From an uncultured Desulfurococcales archaeon (GTDB taxonomy: Archaea; Thermoproteota; Thermoprotei_A; EX4484-217-1), in assembly GCA_964564025.1 (NCBI GenBank), contig CAZLZO010000005.1, positions 712 through 64,711 of the forward strand: DNA of 64,000 bases, read 5' to 3'. Positions 18,918 to 29,132 of this stretch are shown in pieces (within the stretch, counting starts at the first letter, position 1; the number at the start of each line of letters is the position of its first letter). The notes beneath the pieces are model-generated. The model made no database searches, was not told where the DNA came from, and worked only from the letters and a program-made list of their open reading frames with translations. Made by a program: the position numbers and the translations under genes.

Positions 18918-20702
18918 TTGAGAAAATATTTCATAGAATCTCCTCTATCCCTTATTGAATACTGTGAAGCAGCTTTAGGTAGGAGGAAACCTACGTTAGC
19001 TATTAAAAATGTTAACATTGTAAATGTTTATACTGCAAGCATAGATGAAGGTAGCATCTTGATATACAAGGATAGAATCATAGCATTAACCGATAAGGGA
19101 AGCGTTGTTGCCGAGAAAATTATTGATGGTGAAGGGAAGTATGCTATTCCAGGGCTAATGGATGCTCACATTCACATTGAGAGTACAATGCTTTTACCAA
19201 CGGAGCTCTCAAAAATACTTATACCCCATGGTGTAACATCCATTTTTGCAGATCCTCACGAAATAGCTAATGTTTTAGGTGTTAAAGGTGTAAGACTTCT
19301 ACTTGAAATAGCTAAAGCTTCACTATTAAGAGTGTTTATAGAAGTGCCTTCAAGGGTACCTACGGCACCTAAACTTGAAGACGCAGGAGCTTCTTTAGGC
19401 ATTAATGAAACAAGAGAACTTTTGGCTTTAGAAGAAGCTGTATCATTGGGAGAACTAAATTATCAGAATCTATTAGGAGAAAATAGCTCGTTCTATCTTG
19501 AGAAAGTGGTTATATCGGATTCTTTAGGGAAAATAGTTAACGGCCATATGGCCAGTGTTCCTAAGGAATTACTGAATGCCCTATCGTCTTTGGGGCTAAT
19601 TGACGACCATGAAACGTTAAACTATGAGGAAGCCATTGAAAGGCTTAAGCGTGGAATCGCTATTATGGTTAGGGAGGGCTCTACTGAGAGAAATCTTGAA
19701 GACATAGTTAAGGGCATTATTAACCTACATGATAAAAGAAAAATTCTTATGTGCACTGATGATAAGCACCCCCAAGATATAGTGTCAGAAGGACACATAG
19801 ATTATAATGTTAAGAAAGCTATTGAGCTTGGCTTAGACCCGGTAGAAGCGATTCAAATGGCCACCGTTAATATAGCTCAACATTTCGGTTTAGATACGTA
19901 CATTGGCGTAATTGCTCCGTTGAGAAAAGCCGATATAGTCATAGTTAATGACATTAGAAAACTCAACGTTATACATGTGGTTTTTGATGGAAAACTAGTT
20001 TTTAGCCGTGAAAAATTTCTTGTAGAGTTAGCTAAACCCAAAATGCCTAAGTGGGTATTAGAAACCGTGAAAATAAGTAGTGAAATAGGAGCTAATGATC
20101 TCGTTTTAAAGGCGCCTATTCGTGAAGGAAAAGCTAAAGTGAGAGTTATGGGTGTCGTAGAGGGCCAAATTATAGTTAAAGAGCTGCACTGTTGGTTAGA
20201 AATTAAAAATAATGTTGTGCTTCCTGATTTAGAAAACGATGTTTTATATATAGCTGTTATTGAGAGACATAGGGGTTTAAAAAGCATTGGTAAGGCATTT
20301 GTTAAAGGTTTCGGATTAAAGAAAGGTGCTTTAGCATCAACTGTAGCCCATGATCATCACAATGTTGTAGTTGTGGGAACAAATCCTGAAGACATGTTTG
20401 CGGCTGTGAAATTTCTTGAAAAATATGGAGGGGGGTTTGCAGTAGTAAATAGCAAAGAGCTTAAAGCTATTGTTGAATTACCTTTTGCAGGCCTCCTTTC
20501 ATTAGATCCAGCTGAGAAAGTCATTAAGAAGCTAAATAAAGCCAATGAGGAAGCTAAGAAGCTTGGGTGTAAACTTAAATCACCATTTATGCAATTAGAG
20601 TTCATAACGTTACCTACGGTTCCAGAACTTGGATTGACAAATAGAGGCTTAATTGACTCTAGAAACTACAAATTAATAGAGCCTATTATCGAGCTTAAAT
20701 AA
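18918..20702 (+). CDS. ade: adenine deaminase
   Basis: DAHIHIES, DPHEIANVLG, DHE, REGS, CTDDKH, STVAHD.HN. Confidence 0.93.
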   Translation: MRKYFIESPLSLIEYCEAALGRRKPTLAIKNVNIVNVYTASIDEGSILIYKDRIIALTDKGSVVAEKIIDGEGKYAIPGLMDAHIHIESTMLLPTELSKILIPHGVTSIFADPHEIANVLGVKGVRLLLEIAKASLLRVFIEVPSRVPTAPKLEDAGASLGINETRELLALEEAVSLGELNYQNLLGENSSFYLEKVVISDSLGKIVNGHMASVPKELLNALSSLGLIDDHETLNYEEAIERLKRGIAIMVREGSTERNLEDIVKGIINLHDKRKILMCTDDKHPQDIVSEGHIDYNVKKAIELGLDPVEAIQMATVNIAQHFGLDTYIGVIAPLRKADIVIVNDIRKLNVIHVVFDGKLVFSREKFLVELAKPKMPKWVLETVKISSEIGANDLVLKAPIREGKAKVRVMGVVEGQIIVKELHCWLEIKNNVVLPDLENDVLYIAVIERHRGLKSIGKAFVKGFGLKKGALASTVAHDHHNVVVVGTNPEDMFAAVKFLEKYGGGFAVVNSKELKAIVELPFAGLLSLDPAEKVIKKLNKANEEAKKLGCKLKSPFMQLEFITLPTVPELGLTNRGLIDSRNYKLIEPIIELK

Positions 20703-20818
20703 ATTTTTCCAAAATATCTTTGTAATTTATCGAAAATAATTTATTGACTTTAAGGATTTTACGTAAAATTTTTATATTGGAATGCTATGCTTCTATTAGA
20801 GGAGGTTTGATATTTAGT

Positions 20819-22015
20819 ATGGGTGGGAAGGTAGTTTTAGCTTACTCCGGCGGTTTAGATACTTCTGTTTCAATAAAGCTTTTAAGTGAGAAATACGGGT
20901 ATGAGGTTTACACAGTAACTGTTGATGTTGGTCAGAAAGAGGATTTTGAAGAAATAGCTAATAAAGCATATATGTTAGGAGTTAAAGAACATTTCTTCTT
21001 TGATGCTAAGAGGGAGTTTATTGAAAACTTCGTGTTTCCTGCAATTAAAGCGAATGCATTATATGAGGACAAATATCCTCTATCCTCTGCTCTTTCAAGA
21101 CCTTTAATAGTTATTAAACTTATTGAAGTTGCTAAAAAGGTTGGAGCTGATGCAGTAGCTCATGGATGCACTGGAAAGGGGAATGACCAAATAAGGTTTG
21201 ATGTAACGATAAAGTCGTTTCTTCCAGACGTTAAAATTATAGCGCCAATTAGGGATTGGGGTTTAACGAGGGATGTGGAAGCCGAGCTTATAAGAAAATA
21301 CAATATCCCCCTTAAGCCTAAGAGGAAAATTTATAGTGTTGACGAAAACCTCTGGGGTAGAAGTATTGAATGTGGTCCTCTAGAAGATCCAGCACAAGAG
21401 CCTCCGGAGGAAGTTTTTCAATGGACTGTTGATCCTAAGGATGCACCTGATACACCAGAATATGTTGAAATATATTTTGAAAAGGGTGTTCCTGTGAAGC
21501 TTAATGGTGAACGATTAGATCCTATAAAGCTAATTTCCAAGTTAAATGAAATAGCTGGTAAGCATGGTGTTGGGAGAATAGACCATATTGAGGATAGAGC
21601 TGTTGGATTTAAATCTAGAGAAGTTTACGAAACCCCTGCAGCTCTAACAATAATTGAGGCGCATAAGGACTTAGAGAAACTAGTACTTAACTTTAATGAG
21701 CTTTCGTTTAAGAAACTTGTAGATGCCGAATGGACGAATCTCGTTTACAGGGGGTTATGGGCTGATCCCTTAAGGGAGGAGTTAGAAGCCTTTATAAATA
21801 AGGCTAATGAAAGGGTTTCAGGTATTGTGAGACTTAAGCTTTACAAAGGACATGTTATAGTGGTTGGGAGAAGTAGCCCATACAGTCTTTACGATAAGCT
21901 CATTGCATCATATGAGAAACACTCAACATTTGATCAATCATGGGCTAAGGGTTTCATAGAACTATGGGGTATGCCAACTATTGTAAGTAGAAGAATTCTT
22001 GAGAGGCTTAAGTAA
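20819..22015 (+). CDS. argG: argininosuccinate synthase
   Basis: LAYSGGLDTS, AHGCTGKGNDQ, KSREVYE; ATG 20819 after GGAGGT. Confidence 0.97.
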   Translation: MGGKVVLAYSGGLDTSVSIKLLSEKYGYEVYTVTVDVGQKEDFEEIANKAYMLGVKEHFFFDAKREFIENFVFPAIKANALYEDKYPLSSALSRPLIVIKLIEVAKKVGADAVAHGCTGKGNDQIRFDVTIKSFLPDVKIIAPIRDWGLTRDVEAELIRKYNIPLKPKRKIYSVDENLWGRSIECGPLEDPAQEPPEEVFQWTVDPKDAPDTPEYVEIYFEKGVPVKLNGERLDPIKLISKLNEIAGKHGVGRIDHIEDRAVGFKSREVYETPAALTIIEAHKDLEKLVLNFNELSFKKLVDAEWTNLVYRGLWADPLREELEAFINKANERVSGIVRLKLYKGHVIVVGRSSPYSLYDKLIASYEKHSTFDQSWAKGFIELWGMPTIVSRRILERLK

Positions 22016-22018
22016 ACA

Positions 22019-23428
22019 TTGCTTTATAGGAAAGGTGCAGTTAAAGGGAGAGTTCCTAATGAACTAGCTAAGTTTACTTCTTCCTTAAATTCAGATAGGA
22101 GAATAGCTAAGGCAACAGTAAAGGTCGTTAAAGCTCATGTTGAACATTTATGTGAAATAGGTGTACTTAAGAACAATGTATGCTATGAAATACTTGCCGT
22201 ATTAAGAGATTTAGAAAAGAATATTTTAAAGAATTATCCTAAAGAAGGCTTCGAGGACGTTCACGAATATATCGAATACTATGTTATTGAAAAATTAGGA
22301 GAAGATATAGGTGGCTTTATAAACTTAGGTAAAAGCAGAAACGACCAAGTAACCACAGCGATAAGGCTTGTTCTTAAAGAGGAAATACTGAATGTTCTTA
22401 ACGAAATATTGTCTCTTCAGCATTCGCTCCTAATTAAGGCTAAAGAGAATATAGAAACCATAGCTTTAGGCTATACTCACCAGCAAAAAGCACAAGTAAC
22501 AACTATAGCTCATCACTTATTAGCGTATTATGACGCTTTAAATAGGGATTTTGAAAGAATCTTTGCATCATTGAGCAGAGTGGATGCTTCACCTCTTGGA
22601 GCATCAGCACTAACAGGTAATAGTATCCCAGGATACGATAGGTCTAAAGTGGCTAGGAAGCTTGGTTTTTCAAAAATTCTAGAGAATACTGAAGATGCTG
22701 TAGCTTCAAGGGACTATATTTTAGAAGTTATGTTGAACCTAACTATATTAATGATTAATATTTCAAGGTTTGTTGAGGACCTCATTTTATGGTCAATGAA
22801 CGAACTTAACTATGTAATAATACCTAATAATCATGCTGCAACAAGCAGCATTATGCCCCATAAGAGAAACCCTGTTACACTTGAAGTAATTAGGGCTAAA
22901 GTAGCTGAAATCCTAGGTTACACCGTAGCTGCATGTACTCTACTAAAATCGCTACCTTACAGCTACAACCTTGATCTTCAAGAGTTAACACCGCTTCTTT
23001 GGAAAACAATAGATATAACTAAAGAGTCTCTTAGCATACTAAGGGATTTTATAGAGAAAGCTAAGTTCAATAAGGAAAGGCTTATGGAGAGTATAGTAAG
23101 GCATTTAGCTATGGGTTTTAATGACTTAGCAGAGTATATTACATTAACATATAATGTTCCATTTAGGAAAGTTCATAGGATACTAGGTGAGTTATCAGTA
23201 AATGAGAAGGTTAATGCAGCTAAGATTGCCGATACATTAAGGGAAAAACTAGGCATTGAGATTTCGGAGAAGGAGATTTTAAACATGCTAAACTTTAGGG
23301 AACTTATTTTAAGAAGAAAAGTTCAAGGATCTCCTAATTTTACTGAAGTTAAGAGAATGATTAATGAAAGAGAGATTAAGTTATACGAGAAAAAGAATAT
23401 TATAACTAAGTTTCAAAGTAAAACCTAA
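22019..23428 (+). CDS. argH: argininosuccinate lyase
   Basis: GKSRNDQV, GYTH.Q.AQ, SSIMPHKRNP, YNLDLQE. Confidence 0.95.
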   Translation: MLYRKGAVKGRVPNELAKFTSSLNSDRRIAKATVKVVKAHVEHLCEIGVLKNNVCYEILAVLRDLEKNILKNYPKEGFEDVHEYIEYYVIEKLGEDIGGFINLGKSRNDQVTTAIRLVLKEEILNVLNEILSLQHSLLIKAKENIETIALGYTHQQKAQVTTIAHHLLAYYDALNRDFERIFASLSRVDASPLGASALTGNSIPGYDRSKVARKLGFSKILENTEDAVASRDYILEVMLNLTILMINISRFVEDLILWSMNELNYVIIPNNHAATSSIMPHKRNPVTLEVIRAKVAEILGYTVAACTLLKSLPYSYNLDLQELTPLLWKTIDITKESLSILRDFIEKAKFNKERLMESIVRHLAMGFNDLAEYITLTYNVPFRKVHRILGELSVNEKVNAAKIADTLREKLGIEISEKEILNMLNFRELILRRKVQGSPNFTEVKRMINEREIKLYEKKNIITKFQSKT

Positions 23429-23465
23429 GAGCTTTGAGGTGAAATATTATAACACGTGTTAGGCG

Positions 23466-24128
23466 TTGATAAGAACAGTTCCTGAATTAATAAGGCATTT
23501 ACTATGCGTTAGGACAATAGATCTTGATTCGCTTAGAAAATACATTAGATTATCGAGAGAAGTCCTTCATGATGCATTATCTCAACTTGAAGGTAAGGGT
23601 TACATTAAGATCTCTAGCGGATATATTGAAGTAACTAATGTTATAGAGTTGGCTGTAGAAGGGTTGAAACTAGGCCTATCTCACGAATCCGTTTCAGCTT
23701 GTCTTAGATGGAAGGACTTTGAATACTATACAAGCAAAATCCTTGAGGCTCATGGATACTACGTTTATAGAGGACTAAAGGGAGGGTTAAGAGGGGGCAG
23801 ATTCGAAATAGATGTTTTAGGCTACAGAGGAAACCTAGCATTAGCCATAGATTGTAAACATTGGAAAAGAAGCAGGTTAAGCCTGCTTAAGGTACATGCT
23901 GAATCTCATACTTCACGTGTTGAAAGATTATGCTACGCTATTAAAGCTAAAATAGTTGACATAGGATTTAAGAGGGGAAAGGTTATTCCAGCAATAGTTA
24001 CACTTTATGAACCATACGAGAAAGTATTTAATGGAGTGCCGTTCGTACCCATAAATACGCTCAATGATTTCGTACTTAACGTTAAAAAATATGTCGAAGA
24101 ACTAAACTTAATTACCTTCAGCGTTTAA
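23466..24128 (+). CDS. winged-HTH plus PD-(D/E)xK (Mrr/NERD-like) nuclease
   Basis: W.DFE....IL...GY, EIDVLG, IDCKHW. Confidence 0.75.
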   Translation: MIRTVPELIRHLLCVRTIDLDSLRKYIRLSREVLHDALSQLEGKGYIKISSGYIEVTNVIELAVEGLKLGLSHESVSACLRWKDFEYYTSKILEAHGYYVYRGLKGGLRGGRFEIDVLGYRGNLALAIDCKHWKRSRLSLLKVHAESHTSRVERLCYAIKAKIVDIGFKRGKVIPAIVTLYEPYEKVFNGVPFVPINTLNDFVLNVKKYVEELNLITFSV

Positions 24129-24166
24129 AGTTAAGAATTAGAACATGTAACTAAAGGTGGTGCATT

Positions 24167-24907
24167 GTGAAAATAGTTTTACCTGAAGCTAAAGCTTTTG
24201 CTAGTATCATAGAGGCACTTTCAAAGGTCGTTGATGAAGCATCGCTGAGGTTCTTACCTGACAAAGTAATTCTTAAGGCTTTAGATCCCGCTAAAGTTTC
24301 TATGTTTGTCATGGAGCTTCCTTCAACACTATTCACAGAATACGACGTCGCTCAAGAGGAGAGAGTAGGTTTCAACACATCAGTTATTCTTAAGTTTCTT
24401 AAGAGAGCTAAGAAAGGTGATAGTTTAGAGATAGCCATAGAAGACAGTTATGCACGATTCACCATAGCTGGAACTTACACTAGAATTTACAAGGTCTTAA
24501 ATCTTGAAATTTCTGAAGAAGAGCTTCCGGAACCTCAGCTTGAATTTAATGCTTCAGCAACTATACTTTCGGATCCTCTAAAACATGGTATTAAAGATGC
24601 TGAAACCGTTGGTGATACTGTAGAGTTTATTGCTGAAACAGAGAACGAATTTATAATTAAAGGTAAAGGTGAGGCTTCTGAAACAGAAACTAGGATTTCA
24701 AAAGAGTCTGGTGCACTAATTTCATTAGAAGTTAAAGAGCCTTCACGTTCATCTTACGCAATAGAGTATTTAAAGAACATTGTTTCGCTAACTAAGGTTG
24801 CTGAAGCTGTTACCATAAAGTTCTCTACGAGAATGCCTGTAATGTTGGAATTTTCCATAATGGGTGAAGGAAAAGTAGTTTATCTCTTGGCTCCAAAAGT
24901 GGAGTAA
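24167..24907 (+). CDS. pcn: PCNA sliding clamp
   Basis: KALDPAKVSM, S.Y..EYL, C-terminal YLLAPKVE. Confidence 0.95.
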   Translation: MKIVLPEAKAFASIIEALSKVVDEASLRFLPDKVILKALDPAKVSMFVMELPSTLFTEYDVAQEERVGFNTSVILKFLKRAKKGDSLEIAIEDSYARFTIAGTYTRIYKVLNLEISEEELPEPQLEFNASATILSDPLKHGIKDAETVGDTVEFIAETENEFIIKGKGEASETETRISKESGALISLEVKEPSRSSYAIEYLKNIVSLTKVAEAVTIKFSTRMPVMLEFSIMGEGKVVYLLAPKVE

Positions 24908-24921
24908 AAATGTGAGGTTTT

Positions 24922-27900
24922 CTAAGCCACTATAGTTATAACGTACTTTTCTCCTTCTATGTCCCATTCTTTAGTGTATCCTTTCTTCGTTTTCTCCTTT
25001 TCAACACTTATTTTCAGCTTTTTAGCTCTAACTTCTTCTGCTATGAAGTTCCTCCATTTTTCAAGCATTTCCATGGATTGTTTATCAGGAGTTATGATTA
25101 ATGCTTCAATAAATGCTTCTACGGGTAAGTCGAGCTCCTTTCTCATGTACTGTATTCTCCTAACGATGTCCCTTGCTAAACCTTCAGCAGCAGCTTCGTA
25201 ATCTATCCTTATGTCTAAAAGTATCTTTCCTTTATCAAAGTTTTGAAGTATGTAATGTTCTGAAGGTTTCTCTAAGATCTCTACGTACTCGTGTGTTATA
25301 ACATGTTTTTCTCCGTTTATTTCGAATTCAAAGTAGCCTTTTTCTAAAATGTTCTTAATTACTTCACTTTCTTTCTCCTTAAGTATTTCTAAAACTTCCC
25401 TTGTTTTATCTTTAAACATTGGCCCTATTTTTGAGAAAACTGGTCTTATTTCATAGCTAATGTATTTTCCTATTTCACTTAACTTTTTAACACTGACGTT
25501 TTTAACATTAATTTGCGATTTTACAACATCTTTCACGTAAGTTAGTAGTTTATGTAGTTTTTCATCGTCGCTTAGAACAATTATTTCCGGTAAGGGCTGT
25601 CTTATCTTTATACCTGCTTTCATTCTAGCTGCAGCTCCTACTTCAACAATTTTCTTAGCTAATGCCATTGCCTCCTCAAGTTCTGCACTTATTAGTTTCT
25701 CATTAACTTTAGGCCATTCTAACATGTGAACACTTTCTGGAGAGTCTTTTTCAGCTGGGAGAATGAATTTTCTATAAAGTTCTTCAGCTATAAATGGAGT
25801 TACGGGTGCAAGTATTTGTAAAAGAGTCTTTAAGACAGTGTATAATGTTGAGTATGCAGCTATCTTATCGGGATCTTCAGCTTCAACCCAAACTCTCCTC
25901 CTTATCAGTCTAATGTACCAGTGGCTTAAATCTTCAATTATGAACTCTCTTATTCTCCTAACAGCTTCATGAACATATGTTTTCTCGAACTTTTCAGTAA
26001 CGTACTTGACGAGGTTATTTAGTCTTGAGAGAACCCATTTGTCCTCGACTCTAAGATTGCTTAGTACTTTCTCTAAAGGCCACTTTTCAGGATCAAAATT
26101 GTCGAGACTCATATATGTTGATGCGAAGACGAAAATGTTCCAAAGTATGTTTAGGTCTCTAAATGTTAAGTCAAGTTTTTTCCAAGCAAACCTAATGTCC
26201 TCCCATATGGTGTTTTGTAAAACCCAGAATCTTAATGTATCAGCTCCATATTTTTCAACAACTTCATCCGCTGAAACAAAGTTTCCTAAGCTTTTATGCA
26301 TTTCTCTACCTTTTTCATCCAACATATAACCGTGTACTAAGACTCTTTTGTATGGTGCTTTTCCGAAACCTAAAATACCGGATCTTAAGAGACTAAAGAA
26401 CCATCCTGCAAGTTGGTCGTGACCTTCAACTATGAAGTCTACTGGAAACAGTCTTTCAAAGAGTCTTTTGTTTTTAGGATAGGCTAGACTTGCGAAAAAT
26501 GCTACTCCACTATCAAACCATACATCCAGTACGTCTGGTACTCTATGCATTATTCCGCTACATTTCGGGCACTTAAGCTTTACTTTGTCTATCCAGGGCT
26601 TATGTAGATCGCTTATTTCAAAATCGCTTTTAGCTAGCTTTTTCAATTCATTAACGCTTTCCGGAATGACCTTATACCCGCATTTTTCACATTCCCATAC
26701 GGGTAACGGTATTCCCCAGTATCTTTGTCTAGAAATTACCCAGTCTCTAAGTTCTTTTAGCCAGTTTCTCTCCCTTTCCTTAGCCCAATCAGGTATCCAC
26801 TCTACTTTTTCAGCTTCCTCAATCATTTTATCTTTAAGTTTAGTTACTGTAATGTACCATTGCTCTGTGGCTCTGAGAACTAATGGTGTTTTGCATCTCC
26901 AACAAACCGGGTATTTGTGAACTATTTTTTCCTCAAAAAGTAAGAATCCTTTTCTTCTTAAGTCTTCTATTATGTACTTGTTTGCTTGTCTGAAATGTTT
27001 ACCAGCGTACTTGCCTGCGTCTTTAACCATAATTCCTTTCTCATCAACTAAGCTAACTACTGGTATTCCGTATCTTTGAGCGATAATGAAGTCTTCTTCT
27101 CCATGGCCTGGAGCTGAATGGACAAGACCTGTTCCTTCGTATGGAGTTACAAATTCTGAAAGAACCACTTTATGTGTTTTCATGCTCCTGTATTTTCTTT
27201 GTGCATCCACTTCCTCAAGTAGGGGAGGTATGTAGCGTAATCCCTCAAGGTCTTTACCTTTAACTTTAGCTATGATCTTTGGTTTCTCACCTAACTTGGA
27301 AAATACGGGTTCAAGTCTTACTTCAGCTAGGATGAGTCTTTCCCCTTTAAATTCTACTTCAACATAATTCATTTCGGGATGAACCATTACAGCTAAATTT
27401 GCTGGAAGAGTCCATGGGGTAGTAGTCCAGATTAGTAAGTACTTATTTTTCTCGCCTTCAATAGGGAATTTAACGAATATTGAGGGGTCCTCAATATCCC
27501 TATATTCCTGAACTTCATAGTCTGCTAGAACTGTTTCGCATCTGGGACACCACCACACAACCTTAACTCCTTTCTTAAGCAGACCCTGTTCCTGAACCTT
27601 CTTTATAAGCCACCATCCTGACTCAATGTATTCGGGTTTTAAAGTGTAGTAGGGGTTGTTCCAGTCCATGCTAACTCCTAGTCTTTCAAAACGTCTACTC
27701 ATAAGCTTTGCATTTGTTAAAGCAAGGTTCATGCATTCTTTAACAAACTTTTCAACACCAACCTTACTTACTATTTCCTTTTTACTTTTTAATCCGAGTT
27801 TCTTCTCTACAGCAACTTCAATGGGTAATCCGTGGGTATCGTACCCTGGTTGATCCCATACGAAACGTCTTCTCATACGTTGAAATCTTATAACTAAGTC

Positions 27901-28104
27901 TTTAAGCACCTTATTCCAAGCAGTACCAATATGTGGTACATCGCTTGATGGGTAAGGTGGCCCGTCGAGGAAATAGAATTTCGGCTTATCTTTAAGTAGC
28001 TCCCTTATTCTTTCGTATATTCTATTTTCTTTCCAGAATTTCAGTATTCTTTCCTCAACTTCAATAGGTCTGTATTGCTTATCTATCTTGCCTACTTTCC
28101 CCAA
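24922..28104 (-). CDS. ileS: isoleucine--tRNA ligase
   Basis: DGPPYPS..PHIGT, WTTTPWTLP, GTGLVH.APGHG, WVISRQRYWG, EMHKSLGN. Confidence 0.97.
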   Translation of the reverse strand: MGKVGKIDKQYRPIEVEERILKFWKENRIYERIRELLKDKPKFYFLDGPPYPSSDVPHIGTAWNKVLKDLVIRFQRMRRRFVWDQPGYDTHGLPIEVAVEKKLGLKSKKEIVSKVGVEKFVKECMNLALTNAKLMSRRFERLGVSMDWNNPYYTLKPEYIESGWWLIKKVQEQGLLKKGVKVVWWCPRCETVLADYEVQEYRDIEDPSIFVKFPIEGEKNKYLLIWTTTPWTLPANLAVMVHPEMNYVEVEFKGERLILAEVRLEPVFSKLGEKPKIIAKVKGKDLEGLRYIPPLLEEVDAQRKYRSMKTHKVVLSEFVTPYEGTGLVHSAPGHGEEDFIIAQRYGIPVVSLVDEKGIMVKDAGKYAGKHFRQANKYIIEDLRRKGFLLFEEKIVHKYPVCWRCKTPLVLRATEQWYITVTKLKDKMIEEAEKVEWIPDWAKERERNWLKELRDWVISRQRYWGIPLPVWECEKCGYKVIPESVNELKKLAKSDFEISDLHKPWIDKVKLKCPKCSGIMHRVPDVLDVWFDSGVAFFASLAYPKNKRLFERLFPVDFIVEGHDQLAGWFFSLLRSGILGFGKAPYKRVLVHGYMLDEKGREMHKSLGNFVSADEVVEKYGADTLRFWVLQNTIWEDIRFAWKKLDLTFRDLNILWNIFVFASTYMSLDNFDPEKWPLEKVLSNLRVEDKWVLSRLNNLVKYVTEKFEKTYVHEAVRRIREFIIEDLSHWYIRLIRRRVWVEAEDPDKIAAYSTLYTVLKTLLQILAPVTPFIAEELYRKFILPAEKDSPESVHMLEWPKVNEKLISAELEEAMALAKKIVEVGAAARMKAGIKIRQPLPEIIVLSDDEKLHKLLTYVKDVVKSQINVKNVSVKKLSEIGKYISYEIRPVFSKIGPMFKDKTREVLEILKEKESEVIKNILEKGYFEFEINGEKHVITHEYVEILEKPSEHYILQNFDKGKILLDIRIDYEAAAEGLARDIVRRIQYMRKELDLPVEAFIEALIITPDKQSMEMLEKWRNFIAEEVRAKKLKISVEKEKTKKGYTKEWDIEGEKYVITIVA

Positions 28105-28160
28105 ACCATAAACACCTTACACACTATAGCTCAGACATTAATGATTGAAGAAGGAACATA

Positions 28161-28409
28161 TTAACTTTTATGAGAGGGGAGCACTATTTCTACTTCATCT
28201 ACTTTGAACTTTAGCCTGAATCTTTTAGAAAGTTCTGTTTCTAAGTTTTTAGGGTCAACTTTAATGTTCCTTATTTCTACGAATCTAAATTCAGGTACTA
28301 CTTCACTTTTAATCTCTTTAACGCTACTGAACTTGTTTCTAAGGAAGTTTATAATTTCCCTGTACTCTTCATCATCGTATGTAGTGAAGTATATTCTATA
28401 AATCCTCAT
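28161..28409 (-). CDS. hypothetical protein (82 aa, possible ferredoxin-like fold)
   Basis: ORF with alternating beta/alpha pattern; AGGTG/AAGGT upstream. Confidence 0.65.
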   Translation of the reverse strand: MRIYRIYFTTYDDEEYREIINFLRNKFSSVKEIKSEVVPEFRFVEIRNIKVDPKNLETELSKRFRLKFKVDEVEIVLPSHKS

Positions 28410-28512
28410 TACCTTAGCACCTAAATGCTAGTATCTAAGAGTTTTTAGCATAGTATACGTAATTATTTTATTCTAGTTAAGTTTTAAGTTAGGAACATGT
28501 AGGGGTTAAGAT

Positions 28513-28728
28513 ATGTCTAAGAGGGAAGCTAAAAAGCGCAGAAAGAGAGCCAAGGAAAAACCTAGACATGTCGGGAAACTTGTGATTAAGAGGTTTGAGG
28601 AGAAAATGTTCCAAGCAGGTTTATGGATCATGTTTATTGCTTCAGCAAGCATAGTTATAGTGTCTATTATTGCATTGATGTGGTTTTTCCTTACAGAAGC
28701 TAATTTCAGCGAAATTCTCAAAATATAG
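28513..28728 (+). CDS. small membrane protein (basic N-terminus, one TM helix)
   Basis: MSKREAKKRRKRAK... followed by a hydrophobic stretch; AGGGG SD. Confidence 0.65.
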   Translation: MSKREAKKRRKRAKEKPRHVGKLVIKRFEEKMFQAGLWIMFIASASIVIVSIIALMWFFLTEANFSEILKI

Positions 28729-28781
28729 CTCAGATCATGAATGGTTCTTCACGTTTCCGAACTCGGCAAAATCATCATCGC
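28728..28781 (-). ncRNA. box C/D guide sRNA, predicted 23S rRNA targets
   Basis: C ATGATGA (28778-28772), 12-nt guide TTTTGCCGAGTT, D' CGGA, C' GTGAAGA, 12-nt guide ACCATTCATGAT, D CTGA; TTTTATAT box about 30 nt upstream. Confidence 0.9.
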
Positions 28782-28903
28782 CCGTAGAAACTCTGCAGAA
28801 ACATCAATATAAAACTCCCGCACTTAAAGGGGGAGATTTTAAAAGGTAACACCTATTACTTAGATTTCTCAGTAAGAACCATTAGGGGAGGTGAAACATA
28901 TAC

Positions 28904-29002
28904 ATGGGTGGTAGACAAAGAACAACACTATTCATGGGGTTAGGAGAGACTAAGAAAGAGGAGAAGGAAAAAACTAAGGGTAAAAAGAAAAAGAAGAAAT
29001 AA
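28904..29002 (+). CDS. 32-aa Lys-rich micro-protein
   Basis: MGGRQRTTLFMGLGETKKEEKEKTKGKKKKKK*, preceded by a strong GGGGAGGTGA SD. Confidence 0.6.
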   Translation: MGGRQRTTLFMGLGETKKEEKEKTKGKKKKKK

Positions 29003-29132
29003 ACACGGTTCAACTAGTTTCTTAATGATTAACTTATACAGTGTTTTATCTGAGCAATTTAACTCGATAAGAATGCTTAAATAAGTTTCTAAATGTTTTC
29101 ATATTAAGAATAAGGGTAATGGTTGATACTTA

